From assembly GCA_951406725.2 (NCBI GenBank), contig OX597828.1:25854001-25918000 (forward strand): a stretch of DNA of 64,000 nt, read 5' to 3'. The notes beneath the pieces were generated by a model that worked only from the letters and a program-made list of their open reading frames with translations, was not told the DNA's origin and searched no databases. Made by a program: the position numbers and the translations under genes. The stretch comes from Octopus vulgaris. Lineage: Eukaryota. Below, piece by piece: positions 1 to 10,986 of this stretch; within the stretch, counting starts at the first letter, position 1; each line of letters opens with the position of its first letter.

Positions 1-596
1 AATATCGAAACAACCAATTGGTATGTGTAGATATGTCTTCTTGCGCACACACACACACACAGACACACGCGCGCGCGCATACACAGACACACGCAAATTG
101 ATACATAAACACACACACAGAGGCACGCACACTTAGACACACACGCATACACAGACACGCGCAAAGTCATACACAAACACACACACATACATACACACTT
201 ATGCACACACTCGCGCTCGAATTCATGGCGATTTGTGGCCTAATGGTTAGAGTGTTCAGCCAACGACCAATTCCTGAACTTGGGGCCCCTTTATGTACTT
301 GACCATAGCCCTTCCTGTCACATTGCTCCCTATACAAGAGAAAATGCGTCCCAACCGTGTGCTGGTGTCGCTTTCTGTGCACCTCTCCCTTCTCCCTCAA
401 GCGTCGTCAAGTCCTGGTTGAACCGCTAAGTCAAAAAGCAGAAAAGTTAAGAGGATGTCTGCGTGTGCTTGTTACTCCAGAGAGACTAAAGATAACACGA
501 TGCATGTTAGTAAGCCACACTCGTTCACGGATGCCATCTTGCTCTACACACGCACACATACGTTCAGATATATTACCATTGCTATGGCAAATTGTA

Positions 597-1007
597 TACT
601 CTTTTACTCTTTTACTCTTTTACTTGTTTCAGTCAGTTGACTGCGGCCATGCTGGAGCACCGCCTTTAGTCGAGCAACTCGATCCCGGGACTTATTCTTT
701 GTAAGCCCAGTACTTATTCTATCGGTCTCTTTTTGCCGAACCGCTAAGTGACGGGGACATAAACACACGAGCATCGGTTGTCAAGCAATGCTAGGGGAAC
801 AAACACAGACACACAAACACACACACACATACATATATATATACATATATACGACAGGCTTTTTTCAGTTTCCGTCTACCAAATCCACTCACAAGGCTTT
901 GGTCGGCCCGAGGCTATAGTAGAAGACACTTGCCCAAGGTGCCACACAGTGGGACTGAACCCGGAACCATGTGGTTGGTAAACAAGCTACTTACCACACG
1001 GCCACTC
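597..1007 (-). mobile_element. tRNA-derived SINE, family A (~410 bp, internal TA/TG microsatellite, (AAGAGT)n tail)
   Basis: Minus strand: A-box TGGCCGTGTGG, B-box GGTTCAGTCCC, CORE-like CACCTTGGGCAAGTG, tail AAAAGAGTAAAAGAGTA; near-identical to copies at 32131, 37284 and 56100. Confidence 0.9.
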
Positions 1008-1273
1008 GTTCAAATATCGTCGTGAAATGACAAAAAGTTCAGCCAATTTACAAAGACAAAGGAAAAGTACTGTGAGAACAGATAGTGTTTAGCCGGGAGT
1101 TAATCGATATCACACACTCAGATGCTTGATAGTTGTGCTCTAGCATGGCCACAATCAAGTCACTGAAATCAATAAAAAAATGTAGATATATTTTCTTTCC
1201 TGCACACCCGTATATTCATCTATATATGTATATGTGTGTGTATGTATGTGTGTGTGTGCGTATATAAATAATA

Positions 1274-1313
<40 letters not shown>

Positions 1314-1329
1314 TATATATGCATATATG

Positions 1330-1490
1330 GGTACAAGACGTCACCAACTGTATAAACAACATAAAGTACGAAAACAAGCGAGTTAAATACGCAAACAACG
1401 AGAGAAAAAATAGAAAACAGGACAAGTAACACAAAGAACGACCCTTTATCAGTTGTCGCCTTTTTTTCTACTCCTCATCTCGAGCATTAT
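1330..1490 (-). mobile_element. Penelope-type terminal repeat remnant abutting (TA)n
   Basis: A-rich plus strand directly after (TA)n; minus strand ACAACTGATAAAGGG resembles 55880-55950; same position relative to (TA)n as 5737, 45866 and 62198. Confidence 0.35.
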
Positions 1491-1942
1491 GTATGTACGC
1501 TATTGAATGGTGTTGTACACCGCTAGTCACAATGCGCTTTCTTGCATTGCTGTAGCTTAGAAATCACTTAATTCCGCTCGCTTGGTGAGCAGGCTAATAT
1601 TTTACTGTCCGAAACGCACCAATCCAATGCAGGGTCACCTTTTTACGGCTGGGTGGGCTGGAGCAGCGCTAAATGAAGTGGCTCGGGTATCAGAAGCACG
1701 ATTTTGCGACCGAAAGTACAACACCATAAGCTCCGAGTTCTCTCTGTCTGTCTGTCTGTCTGTCTCTCTTTCTCACACACGTACACACACACTCATATAT
1801 ACATGCATACACATCCATAGATACACACACACACACACACGCAAACATATCAGTTGCGATGTATTTCCCTTGTTCATTATCAACTTTTCTTCATTATTCA
1901 TACACTAATATATTACCTAGTCGACATTTAACGATGGAGGAA

Positions 1943-2132
1943 GGCTCCGAGCTGGCAGAATCGATTGCACGTCGGGCCAAATGCTCAGTAGTATTTCGTG
2001 TGTCTTTATGATCTTAGTTCAAATGTTGCCGAGGTGACTGTCTTTCAGCCTTCCGTAGTCGATGGGGGTCGATGTAACTGACTTACCCTTGCCCGGAAAT
2101 TACTGGCTCTGTGCTTAATTTAAAGTCAATAT
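1943..2132 (+). mobile_element. tRNA-derived SINE, family B (diverged)
   Basis: GAGCTGGCAGAATCG head, AGTTCAAAT B-box, GGGGTCGATGTAACTGACTTA body shared with many copies in the window. Confidence 0.75.
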
Positions 2133-2215
2133 TTAACAATGGAGGCGGGCTTTGCCATTCATTCTTTCGGGGTCGATAAAATAAGTACCAGTTGAATACT
2201 GAGATCGATGTAACC

Positions 2216-2403
2216 TATTTCTTTATTACCCACAAGGGGCTAAACACAGAGGGGACAAACAAGGACAGACATAGGTATTAAGTCGATTACATCGACCCCA
2301 GTGCGTATCTGGTACTTAATTTATCGACCTCGAAAGGATGAAAGGCAAAGTCGACCTCGGCGGAATTCGAACTGAGAACGTAGCGGCAGACGAAATACCG
2401 CTC
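2216..2403 (-). mobile_element. Young family-B SINE subfamily nested in an older plus-strand family-B copy
   Basis: 8-bp TSD ATGTAACC at 2208-2215 and 2404-2411; host SINE resumes at 2412; same tail as 21589-21939. Confidence 0.85.
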
Positions 2404-2789
2404 ATGTAACCGACTTACTCGCCCACCTCGAAAATGTTGACCTTCTGCCAAAATTTGAAACCAATATCTAATGATGGAGGAATGGCTAAATTGGTAGAGT
2501 GTCAGACAAAATGTCTTGTGGTATGTATTTACGTATCTTACTATTCAGAGTTTAAATTGCACAGAGATCCAATTCTGTTTTTCGTTATTCCAATGTTGAT
2601 AAATAAAGTGCTCGAATGAAGCGCTAGAATCGATATAATCGGCAATACACCTCCTCGAAGTACGAGCTCTTGTGCCTATATTGGAAATCAATCTAATGGC
2701 ATATCAAAAGAGATAAACAGATTCCAACTAAAGTCAGCCAATCTTTTTCTTTCTTTTTTTTTTCTGTCACCTAAAGTGACCTAAAAACC

Positions 2790-3770
2790 AGAAACAAAGT
2801 GAAAATTTTGGTGGTTAATTTGATAACATTGATAACTGGGCCAACAATGTTAATTGCTAAATCGATAACATTGATCCATAAATCGATAAAAAGTGTTTTT
2901 CCTGTTTTTTTTTTGTTTTTTTTTAAGCCGCAGGTCAGTTCCGATCGAACCAGAGATGCTGTTTGCGATCGTTCGACCTGCTTGAAATGGCAGCGAAATA
3001 CCACCCCGTCCTCACACCATAATGTCTTAAAACAGGAAAGACATATTGGTTTAATACTGTATAAACCTATATATCTTTTGTCTGAAACATAGACGAGGTG
3101 GTCACAATTAGAACGTCAACAAAGTGATAAACATCGATAAAGTTGATTGCTAAAGTGATAATAGTGAGCATAAGTCGATCATGTTAATTACCAAGTCGAC
3201 AATGTTAATTATTTAATCAATAGTATCGATCACAGCATCGTATGTCGATAAGCTTGATTGCTTAGTCAATATCAGTGAGTCGATATTTGATAGTGTCGAA
3301 CGCTGAAAGTATACAGTATTGGTTGTGTACGTAATTATTAGGTAATAACGCTGATTGCAAAGCCAATAGCTTTGTTCCTTGTGCGATCATCTTGCTTCCT
3401 GAATCGCTTATATTAACTGCAAAAAATCAAAATTGCTAATTTGTATGATTGCTAACTAGTGAAATGTGATTACCAAGGTGTTCCTATTAGGAACTCATTT
3501 AATAATGCTGGCTGTTAGGTCAGTGATGTTGATTGCATGGTCAGAAGTAGAGGAGCTGCTTGATCGGTAATCATGTTTGCCAAAGCAATAACATTGACAA
3601 CTGCGATGCATATGGTTCATTATAAGACGAAAATATCGATTCTTTCAAATGTATATCTTCATTGATAAATTTGTGTTTGCACATTTCTGAGGTGAAATGG
3701 TTAATTGCTAACGGGGCAATGTTAAATATTAATTCCATAGTATTAATTAGTAAGGTACTAGTATTACATA
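2790..3770. repeat. Highly degenerate ~21-bp minisatellite (consensus approx. CGATAATGTTGATTGCTAAGT), interrupted at ~2900-3110
   Basis: Units such as CAACAATGTTAATTGCTAAAT, CGATAACATTGATCCATAAAT, CGATCATGTTAATTACCAAGT, CGACAATGTTAATTATTTAAT. Confidence 0.6.
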
Positions 3771-4475
3771 CGACTATATATAGCAGGTGTGGGCGTGGTT
3801 GTGTGCTTAAGAAACTTGCTTACCAACTGCGCGGCACCTCGGCAACAGGCTTCTACTGTAGCACCAGGCCGACTGAAGAGTGCATTTGCGCGTGTGTGCG
3901 GGTGTACTATGCGCGTTCATATTTATATATGTATGTACGAATGCACATATGTGTGTGTGTGTGTGTGCGTGTATGTGTGTATGTATGTGTATCCTTCGCA
4001 CGCGCTGGTACGAACATATCCTCCATCTCCCGCTAGTTTGTCCCACAGAATATTAAATAGATTTAATAGAAAAAAAATGTACATGTGTACAGCTGTCAAA
4101 TAGTCCGACTTACAGAATATAAAAGATATCAAGAATTGAATGGGTAGAGTTTTACGAGTTCAACAGCTGTTTCTGGGTGCTTGATGGTCCGGAGTAATGA
4201 TGGTTATTTGGATCCATTATGCCTCCGTCTTCAGACGAGAATTTTACATTTGAGGTGTCGACAGGGTGGAGTTTAAAGATTCCATTTTTACACATGTGCA
4301 TTTTTTTCTATTAAATGTATCTAATATTCTGTGTAAATCGGATTGCCTAACTTACTTCTCATTACATTTATTCATCTACCGGCTCAAGTTCAAATCTCTT
4401 TAGTACTTAGAAGTATATTCTATATAGAGAACACCTGTCTCTAACCTATATATATATGTGTGTGTATGAGTACTG

Positions 4476-4521
<46 letters not shown>

Positions 4522-4538
4522 CATACACACATATACAT

Positions 4539-4585
<47 letters not shown>

Positions 4586-5736
4586 CATCCATATATATAT
4601 ATACATACATACATACATACATACACACGCACCACGCACCAATATTTTAATACATATGTGTATAGCTATGAGAAAATATGAATGTATGTGTGTGTATGTG
4701 TGTGTGTATCTATATATATATAATGAAATTATGTTATTAATAACAATCTAACAATATAAATGTTGTCATCTGTTTAACAAACGTGAAAGTTTTTTCACGT
4801 TCCTTTATTACACAAGAAACAATCTTCTAAACACCATGATACAAAAATCAATTACTACTTGTCTGTCGTTCAATTTATCTATTTTTCATTCTTTGAGATA
4901 AATATGCATGTACGAATCAATGCATTGGCTGGACTATCAACTGTAAACAGTAGATATGTGTCTCTATGGATGTTTATCTTACTGTAACCTTGTTCCCTCC
5001 TCAATTCAATCTATTTTAACCTTGCAACAGACGGCTTCTCATTCAGTGTAACTGCTGCCCTGCCCGTCTCCTTTGCCGGGTGACATCATTCCAAGACTAC
5101 AGCAATACAAGGAAACACATTGTGAACAGTTTTGTAAATCGACATTCGATAGCCCGGTCGATACAATGGTATACAGAGATACATTTATGATTAGTATCTT
5201 TGTTCATAGCTGGCTTATTTTTCATGTTTTATTTTTCATAGGGAAACACCCGCCATCCCTTTTAAGGCCGAAACATGCTGGAAGACGGGAGAAGGCTGTA
5301 TTCAAGCCGGAGAGCTGTTCTGAAAGCTTACAACCGGGTAAACTCTGCTGAAAAGGACCAGGTGCTGATGCTAAACTCAAGGACCAGGTAATGGGGATAT
5401 TAGACTGATTAAGTGTAAACAATTCAAATTGCTCTCGCTGGTACCTGAACTCGAAATACAATGAATCGGAATGGCAGTTCTGTCTATTCCAATCGTCCAC
5501 TTCCGAGACTGCTATTTTATTCACTGACTTCGGAAAGATGAAAGACAAAGTTAACGTCGGTGTGAATTTAACACAAAACGCAAAAGAAAAAAAAAATAGA
5601 GAATAAAAATCACGAGAATGGTTGTGTGGTTAAGAAACTTGCTTTGCATCGACGCGTTTTCAGGTTCATTTCGCAGCCCCGGTATTGGTAGACGGAAATT
5701 GAAAGAAGCCTGTCGTATATATATATATATATATAT

Positions 5737-6486
5737 AACGGGAAGCTTTATGAAAATAAACAAAAGACGAAGGCAGGTGGAAAACAAACGAACAATTGTA
5801 TTAGTATGGCGCTCAGGAAATATAAATAAAACAAGTCTTTAACGTTTCGAGCCTACGCTCTTCAACAGAAAGATACACAGAGAGAGAAAAACACAGAAAG
5901 AGGAGAGAAAAAAATGCGTGCAGTAGCTAACGAATCAACATGGCGATCTGATTTCGGCCAGAGGTCAAAGATCAAACATGAGACGCGAGAGCGAAATAAG
6001 GGGAGATAATAGGGTTGATAAAAGGGTTGAGGGACCAGCTAAAAGTGCGTGGGAGGGGTCTGGATGTGTGTATGTATAGGGTTGGTGTATGTATTAGTAT
6101 GTATAAGGGTGTGTGTGTGTGTGTGTGTATGAGAGAGTATTAGTGCATAGGATTGGTCTGGACGTGCGTATGTATGGGGTTGGTGTATGTATTAGTATGT
6201 ATTAGTATGTATTAGTACGTATTAGTATGTATAGGTGTGTGTGTGAGAGAGTATAAGTGCGTATGCGGGGTCTGGACGTGTGTATGTATAGGGTTGGTGT
6301 AAGTATTAGTATGTACTAGTATGTATTAGTACGTATTAGTATGTATTAGTTGGTGTGTGTATTAGTATGGCACATCATATGTGATGTGATGTGTAAAGTC
6401 ATGTGGTGTAGTGAGGAGAAGAGGGGGAGGGGGAGAGAAGGGGAGGGGAAGAAGAGGGGGAGGAAAAGGGGGAAGAGGAGAGGATG

Positions 6487-6487
<1 letters not shown>
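5737..6487 (-). mobile_element. Penelope-like (PLE) 3' or terminal-repeat fragment with hammerhead motif and internal minisatellite
   Basis: Homologous to 45866-46050 and 62198-62410; hammerhead fold at 5836-5873; GTCTGGAYGTG...GTATTAGTAT repeats at 6058-6370. Confidence 0.6.
5836..5873 (-). ncRNA. Minimal type I hammerhead ribozyme-like motif (core variant CUGUUGA)
   Basis: UCUUU-CUGUUGA-A-GAGC(GUAG)GCUC-GAAACGU-U-AAAGA: 5-bp stem I, 4-bp stem II, palindromic ACGU stem III. Confidence 0.65.
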
Positions 6488-6518
<31 letters not shown>

Positions 6519-6960
6519 CTCCTCACCACTTGAGAACCGGTCTTGGTTTATTTAGCTCCCAGTAATTTAGCGATTCGTTATTAGGAATGAATAAAATAAG
6601 TGCCAGGCTTTTTTTTTTAGTAAAATAAGTACTGGGTCGATTTGTTCGACTAAAATCCTTCAAGTTGATGCCCCAGTATGGGCTGCAACCCAATGGCTGA
6701 AACAAGTAACAGAACGAAAGAAATGATCAACACAAGCCTTCGCCACCTTTTTTCCTTTTCTCTCTCTCACACACACACACGTTCTCTCTCAATGCCTCTC
6801 TCTTTGCCACAGACGATGGTCGAAGAGAAGTCAAAGCCGATGCAGCTTGGCATTCGTGCCATCCCACATGTTTCTATTAGAACCCAAAGAGTTGGAACAA
6901 ATATCGTTAGGAATCACAACCGAAGCTGTAACTATACTGGCAACCCACTTCTCTTGGACT

Positions 6961-7070
6961 AATAACGAATCGCTAAGTTATTGGGAGTTAAATAAACTAA
7001 GACCGGTTCTCAAGTGGTGAGGAGACACACATATATATATACGACAGGCTTCTTTCAGTTTCCGTCTCCC
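6961..7070 (-). mobile_element. Local inverted duplicate of the adjacent family-A SINE segment
   Basis: Reverse complement of ~6512-6582 with the same private variants (CTCCTCACCACTTGAG, GATTCGTTATT). Confidence 0.7.
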
Positions 7071-8431
7071 AAAAAAATAAAATATAAGCTTGATCCCTGC
7101 CTCTATTTTAACTCAGAGACCAGAATTAGAACAAATAACCATTTGGTATTTTACCCGGAGCCCTAACGACGCTGTTTTAATGTACTTAGAGAGAGATTTA
7201 TTAATTATGATTTATCAGGGAGATTTTTTTCCTTTTTCAAAATCCATTGCATGTCTCCTTAAAGTCTCACTGCTACTCACTTCTGATACGCGTGTTTATA
7301 GATTTGCCATCATTGCCTTGAACTAACGCTATAAATAATTACTGACAATGTGGGTCTGTATTACTTTCAATGCAAAAAGTAATCAAGTTCGAATCTCGAA
7401 CCAGCAGCCCTAATAGTTAGTACACCATATTAATTGTATTGTCTTCAGTGTTTTCCCACGATGCCCGACATCTTTTCATAAAACACCTGGAAAGTCGTAG
7501 TTCCCTGAATAGCAACGTTTATTATGCGTACCATATGCTTTCCCTTCTCTGACGTCTGCTCCTTTGTCGCTTTTTCTTTTTTTTCTTTTTTCTTGTCGTC
7601 TGCGTGCTTCATTTTTTGTTTTCTTTCTTTATCGTCCGCTCATGGCATGACTTTTGCGTTGTCAAACTGACTGACTTAGTAGTCGACTCTCCTCTGAAGC
7701 AGCTTGTTGCCAGTGTACTTCTCATTGCCGATCTTGTTGTTATTGTTGCTGCTGTTGTTGTTGTTGTTTGACTCCAGATTAGTCCTGATAAAGCAGAACT
7801 ACGATCACAGACGATCCAGCTTTGACTAGACGGCTCTTTTGTATATCCAAAAACTACACTGTCTAATGACGGTAGTATGTGATTTGAGGGAGGATTTGCC
7901 TGCTATTTCTAGCCAGTCGAACGACTACGTAGAGGCTTTCTCGTTGTTTCAAACTACGATCTAAGCTGAAGCGTGGTTGATTGGTGCCTGGGACTATCAA
8001 TGCTCAATGATTGCCGAAATGGTTGTTCTTGTTCTTTGGAGTTCTTTCACAAAAGGCGTTCCGGTCGTGACTCTCACGTTTTATATATCAGAGACTGCGT
8101 TCTTTTAAGGTGGTCGTGTGTATATTAAGGCGGAGGAGTATATTGCTTCTATTTCTAAACAGCTCAGCGACCTGTGGTTTTGTTGTTGATTTTGGTGGAC
8201 TTGGAGAAGGTTGTTGTTTATTCCCATGGCCACCCCTTTCAAGCATACCAATGATCAAAAGTATAATACACGTGACCATCGCATGCAATCAAAGGTAGTA
8301 GATCTTGAGTTTTTAACATTTTATGGAAGAATATATTTCCTTCCATAAAACCTCGTCAATCCAACATTTTGAGGTGACATCAGCTGTAGAAACCATTCTA
8401 TTGGCAGTAATTATTGATGGGTATCTTTAAG

Positions 8432-8697
8432 TGTGGTGTGGTGTTGAAGGAGTGTGACGGAGCGGGAGGGAGCGGAAGTGGGTCTTGCAGGTCTTGCAGG
8501 GCGCATGCGCCGGCGGAAGCGGAAGTGACAGACAGAACGCACGTGCGGCATTGACCAGGCCAGGGAGACTCGAGAACGACGCGAAGACGAGAAGACGCTA
8601 GCAAGTTGGCTCAAGGCGAATCCGACTTCATCTCTGCAGGTAAGACCAAATTACACTTCTAATTCTTTCCTTGTTCTGTTACGCTCCTTTCACCACA
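8432..8697 (+). repeat. 5' LTR (probable full length, 266 bp)
   Basis: Starts TGTGGTG, ends CACCACA (7-bp terminal inverted repeat); first 188 bp identical to 10987-11174. Confidence 0.8.
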
Positions 8698-10950
8698 CGT
8701 ATTACAAGCTATTTCGGCGAAATAATCACTCGGTTTCGTAAAAATAAAAAATTATGCAGACTGCTAGAGCTGAATGACCACGTGTCGTGTCATACAGGCG
8801 GCGAGGCCACGGATGTCTGCGGAGACACCTTGCGAGAGTGGAGGCAGACGGCGGGGGCCTCCACGATTGTCGATTTAAAGTCGGCATACCTTCAGGTGCA
8901 TGTGGCTGAGAAACTATGGAGGTACCAGCTCGTCAGGTATAGGGGCCGGACGTACTGTCTGACCAGGTTGGGATTCGGGCTGAATTCAGCTCCGAAGATT
9001 ATGGCAACAATTCTCAAGGCCGTCCTGGGGAAGGTGGACAGAGTAAAAAGGGCCACCAATTCATACATCGACGACATTCTGGTGGATGAAACCATGATGC
9101 CAGCAACGGAGGTCATAGGCCACCTGAAGAGTTTTGGACTGATCGCCAAGCCGCCAGAGGCTATGGAGGGAGGTGCTGCACTGGGCCTCAAGCTGTGGAG
9201 AGACAAAGCCGGCGCCTTGGTGTTCCGGCGAGGGAATGAGATCCCTGAACTGGGCGCCAGCATGAGTAGACGGGAACTGTTCTCTGTGTGTGGGAAACTG
9301 GTGGGACACTACCCGATTGCAGGCTGGCTCCGGACAGCATGCAGCTTCATCAAGAGACGAGCCGAAGGAGTGAAGTGGAATGATAAAGTGGGGGAGAGGA
9401 CGATCGACATGATGCAGGAAGTCCTGGTCAGAGTAGGAGCAGAGGACCCGGTGAGGGGCAGCTGGTATGTTCCCAAATCAAAGAGCGGGATCGTATGGTG
9501 TGACGCCAGTAGCATCGCAATAGGGGTCGTCTTGGAAGTGGCAGGTGTCACGGTGGAAGATGCAGCCTGGCTCAGGAAGATGGATGACTGCAGTCACATC
9601 AACGTGGCGGAGTTGGAAGCCGTGCTGAAGGGGGTGAACCTAGCCTTGAAGTGGGGGTTGCACACCATAGAAATCAGGACTGATTCAGCCACTGTACTTG
9701 GTTGGGCGACGGCAGTCATCACCGATGAGCAGAGGATGCGGACCAAAGGGGCTGCAGAGATGCTGGTAAAGCGTCGATTGGGGATACTGCGTGAACTAAC
9801 CACTGAGTTCAATCTGAAGCTGAGCGTGATCTTTGTGCCTTCCGAGAAGAACAGGGCAGACGTCCTGACCAGGGTTAAGCGAGCCTGGTTGCAAGTGCCA
9901 GAGGATGCGAAGCAGGATGTAGCTGCAGTATGCCATCTGAGCGACTCGGAGTTGCGGAGACTGCACACCATGCATCACGTGGGTCTGGACAGGACGTTGT
10001 TCCTGGCTAGAAAAGTCGACTCCGACGTAACAAGACAGAGCGTGCGGAGAGTGGTTAGCAGTTGTGACAGGTGCCAGTCCATCGACCCTGCTCCGGTCGT
10101 GCATGAAGCGGGAAGTATTCCAGTGGACCAGGACTGGAGACGACTGGCGGTGGACATAACACACTACCGGCAGGGGACATACCTCTCAATGGTTGACTGC
10201 GGACCGGGGCGGTTCGCCATATGGAGGGAGATGAGGTCAGGAACCGCAGAAGAAATTGCGAAAGTGCTGAACGAGATATTCCTGGAACGAGGCCCCGTGG
10301 ATGAACTGCTTCTGGACAACGGCACTGCATTTCGCTCGGAGGCGCTGAGAGAAATGCTTGATGAGTGGAAGGTCAACCGCTTCTTCAGGGCGGCATACCG
10401 GCCAAGTGGAAACGGGGTGGTGGAAAGGCATCATCGTACCATCAAGGCCATGGCAGAGAGGGGTCACATTTCACCAGTCGAGGCCGTGTTTTGGTACAAC
10501 ATGTCGCCCAGATCAGGACAGGCTGAGGAGTCGGTGACACACAGGGCAATATTCAGGTACGAGTGGAGGCATCCGTGTACTACATCAATGCGACCCGGGG
10601 CAGAGGAAGAGCACGCCTTCGTGCAGGTCGGGGAGGAAGTCTGGGTAAAACCCCCAAACGCACGGTGTACATCGCAATGGGGAAAGGGGACAATAACCTC
10701 CGTAAATTCAAAGAATAACATCTCGGTCGATGGTATGCCACGCCACGTTTTGGACATACGGAGGATTGTCCATGCCCCGGAGGATGGGACAAGCAACAGT
10801 GGGCAAGACGATAACAACAGACAGGATGACGAGGTCGGCAGCAACACGCCAGAAACAAGTCCTAGGGTCGCACTGCGACCACAGAGGGAGCGGCACCCTC
10901 CTCCCTGGTTGGCTGACTATGAAACCAGTTTCAGGTGCGGGAGCGAGTGA
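8671..10950 (+). CDS. pol: Gypsy Pol, N-terminally truncated: partial RT, RNase H, integrase
   Basis: VDLKSAYLQ, LGFGLNSAP, YIDD (RT); WCDAS, ELEAV, RTDS, NRADVL (RNase H); HTMHHVG..CDRC zinc finger; VDITH/LLDNG/GVVER DDE triad. Homology starts at ~8766; the TTG start lies in the LTR. Confidence 0.92.
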   Translation: MFCYAPFTTRITSYFGEIITRFRKNKKLCRLLELNDHVSCHTGGEATDVCGDTLREWRQTAGASTIVDLKSAYLQVHVAEKLWRYQLVRYRGRTYCLTRLGFGLNSAPKIMATILKAVLGKVDRVKRATNSYIDDILVDETMMPATEVIGHLKSFGLIAKPPEAMEGGAALGLKLWRDKAGALVFRRGNEIPELGASMSRRELFSVCGKLVGHYPIAGWLRTACSFIKRRAEGVKWNDKVGERTIDMMQEVLVRVGAEDPVRGSWYVPKSKSGIVWCDASSIAIGVVLEVAGVTVEDAAWLRKMDDCSHINVAELEAVLKGVNLALKWGLHTIEIRTDSATVLGWATAVITDEQRMRTKGAAEMLVKRRLGILRELTTEFNLKLSVIFVPSEKNRADVLTRVKRAWLQVPEDAKQDVAAVCHLSDSELRRLHTMHHVGLDRTLFLARKVDSDVTRQSVRRVVSSCDRCQSIDPAPVVHEAGSIPVDQDWRRLAVDITHYRQGTYLSMVDCGPGRFAIWREMRSGTAEEIAKVLNEIFLERGPVDELLLDNGTAFRSEALREMLDEWKVNRFFRAAYRPSGNGVVERHHRTIKAMAERGHISPVEAVFWYNMSPRSGQAEESVTHRAIFRYEWRHPCTTSMRPGAEEEHAFVQVGEEVWVKPPNARCTSQWGKGTITSVNSKNNISVDGMPRHVLDIRRIVHAPEDGTSNSGQDDNNRQDDEVGSNTPETSPRVALRPQRERHPPPWLADYETSFRCGSE

Positions 10951-10971
10951 GGAAGCCGGTTCAGTGATCTA

Positions 10972-10986
10972 TAGATTAGGGGGGCG
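10972..10986 (+). other. Polypurine tract (plus-strand primer)
   Basis: TAGATTAGGGGGGCG immediately 5' of the 3' LTR. Confidence 0.7.

Larger units (their letters stand above)
5615..6722 (+). mobile_element. Family-A SINE split by a ~750-bp insertion in its internal (TA)n
   Basis: Head 5615-5716 (TGGTTGTGTGGTTAAG...GGTAGACGGAAATTGAAAGAAGCC); 3' half resumes at ~6495-6722. Confidence 0.7.

Noticed and set aside
778-981. Recurrent ORF MSSNARGTNTDTQ... in several places, resembling a gene family
   Set aside because: Antisense translation of family-A SINE copies
8319-8350. 11-bp hairpin TTTTATGGAAG/CTTCCATAAAA upstream of the LTR
   Set aside because: Isolated AT-rich stem with no family or functional context; not a terminator in a eukaryotic setting
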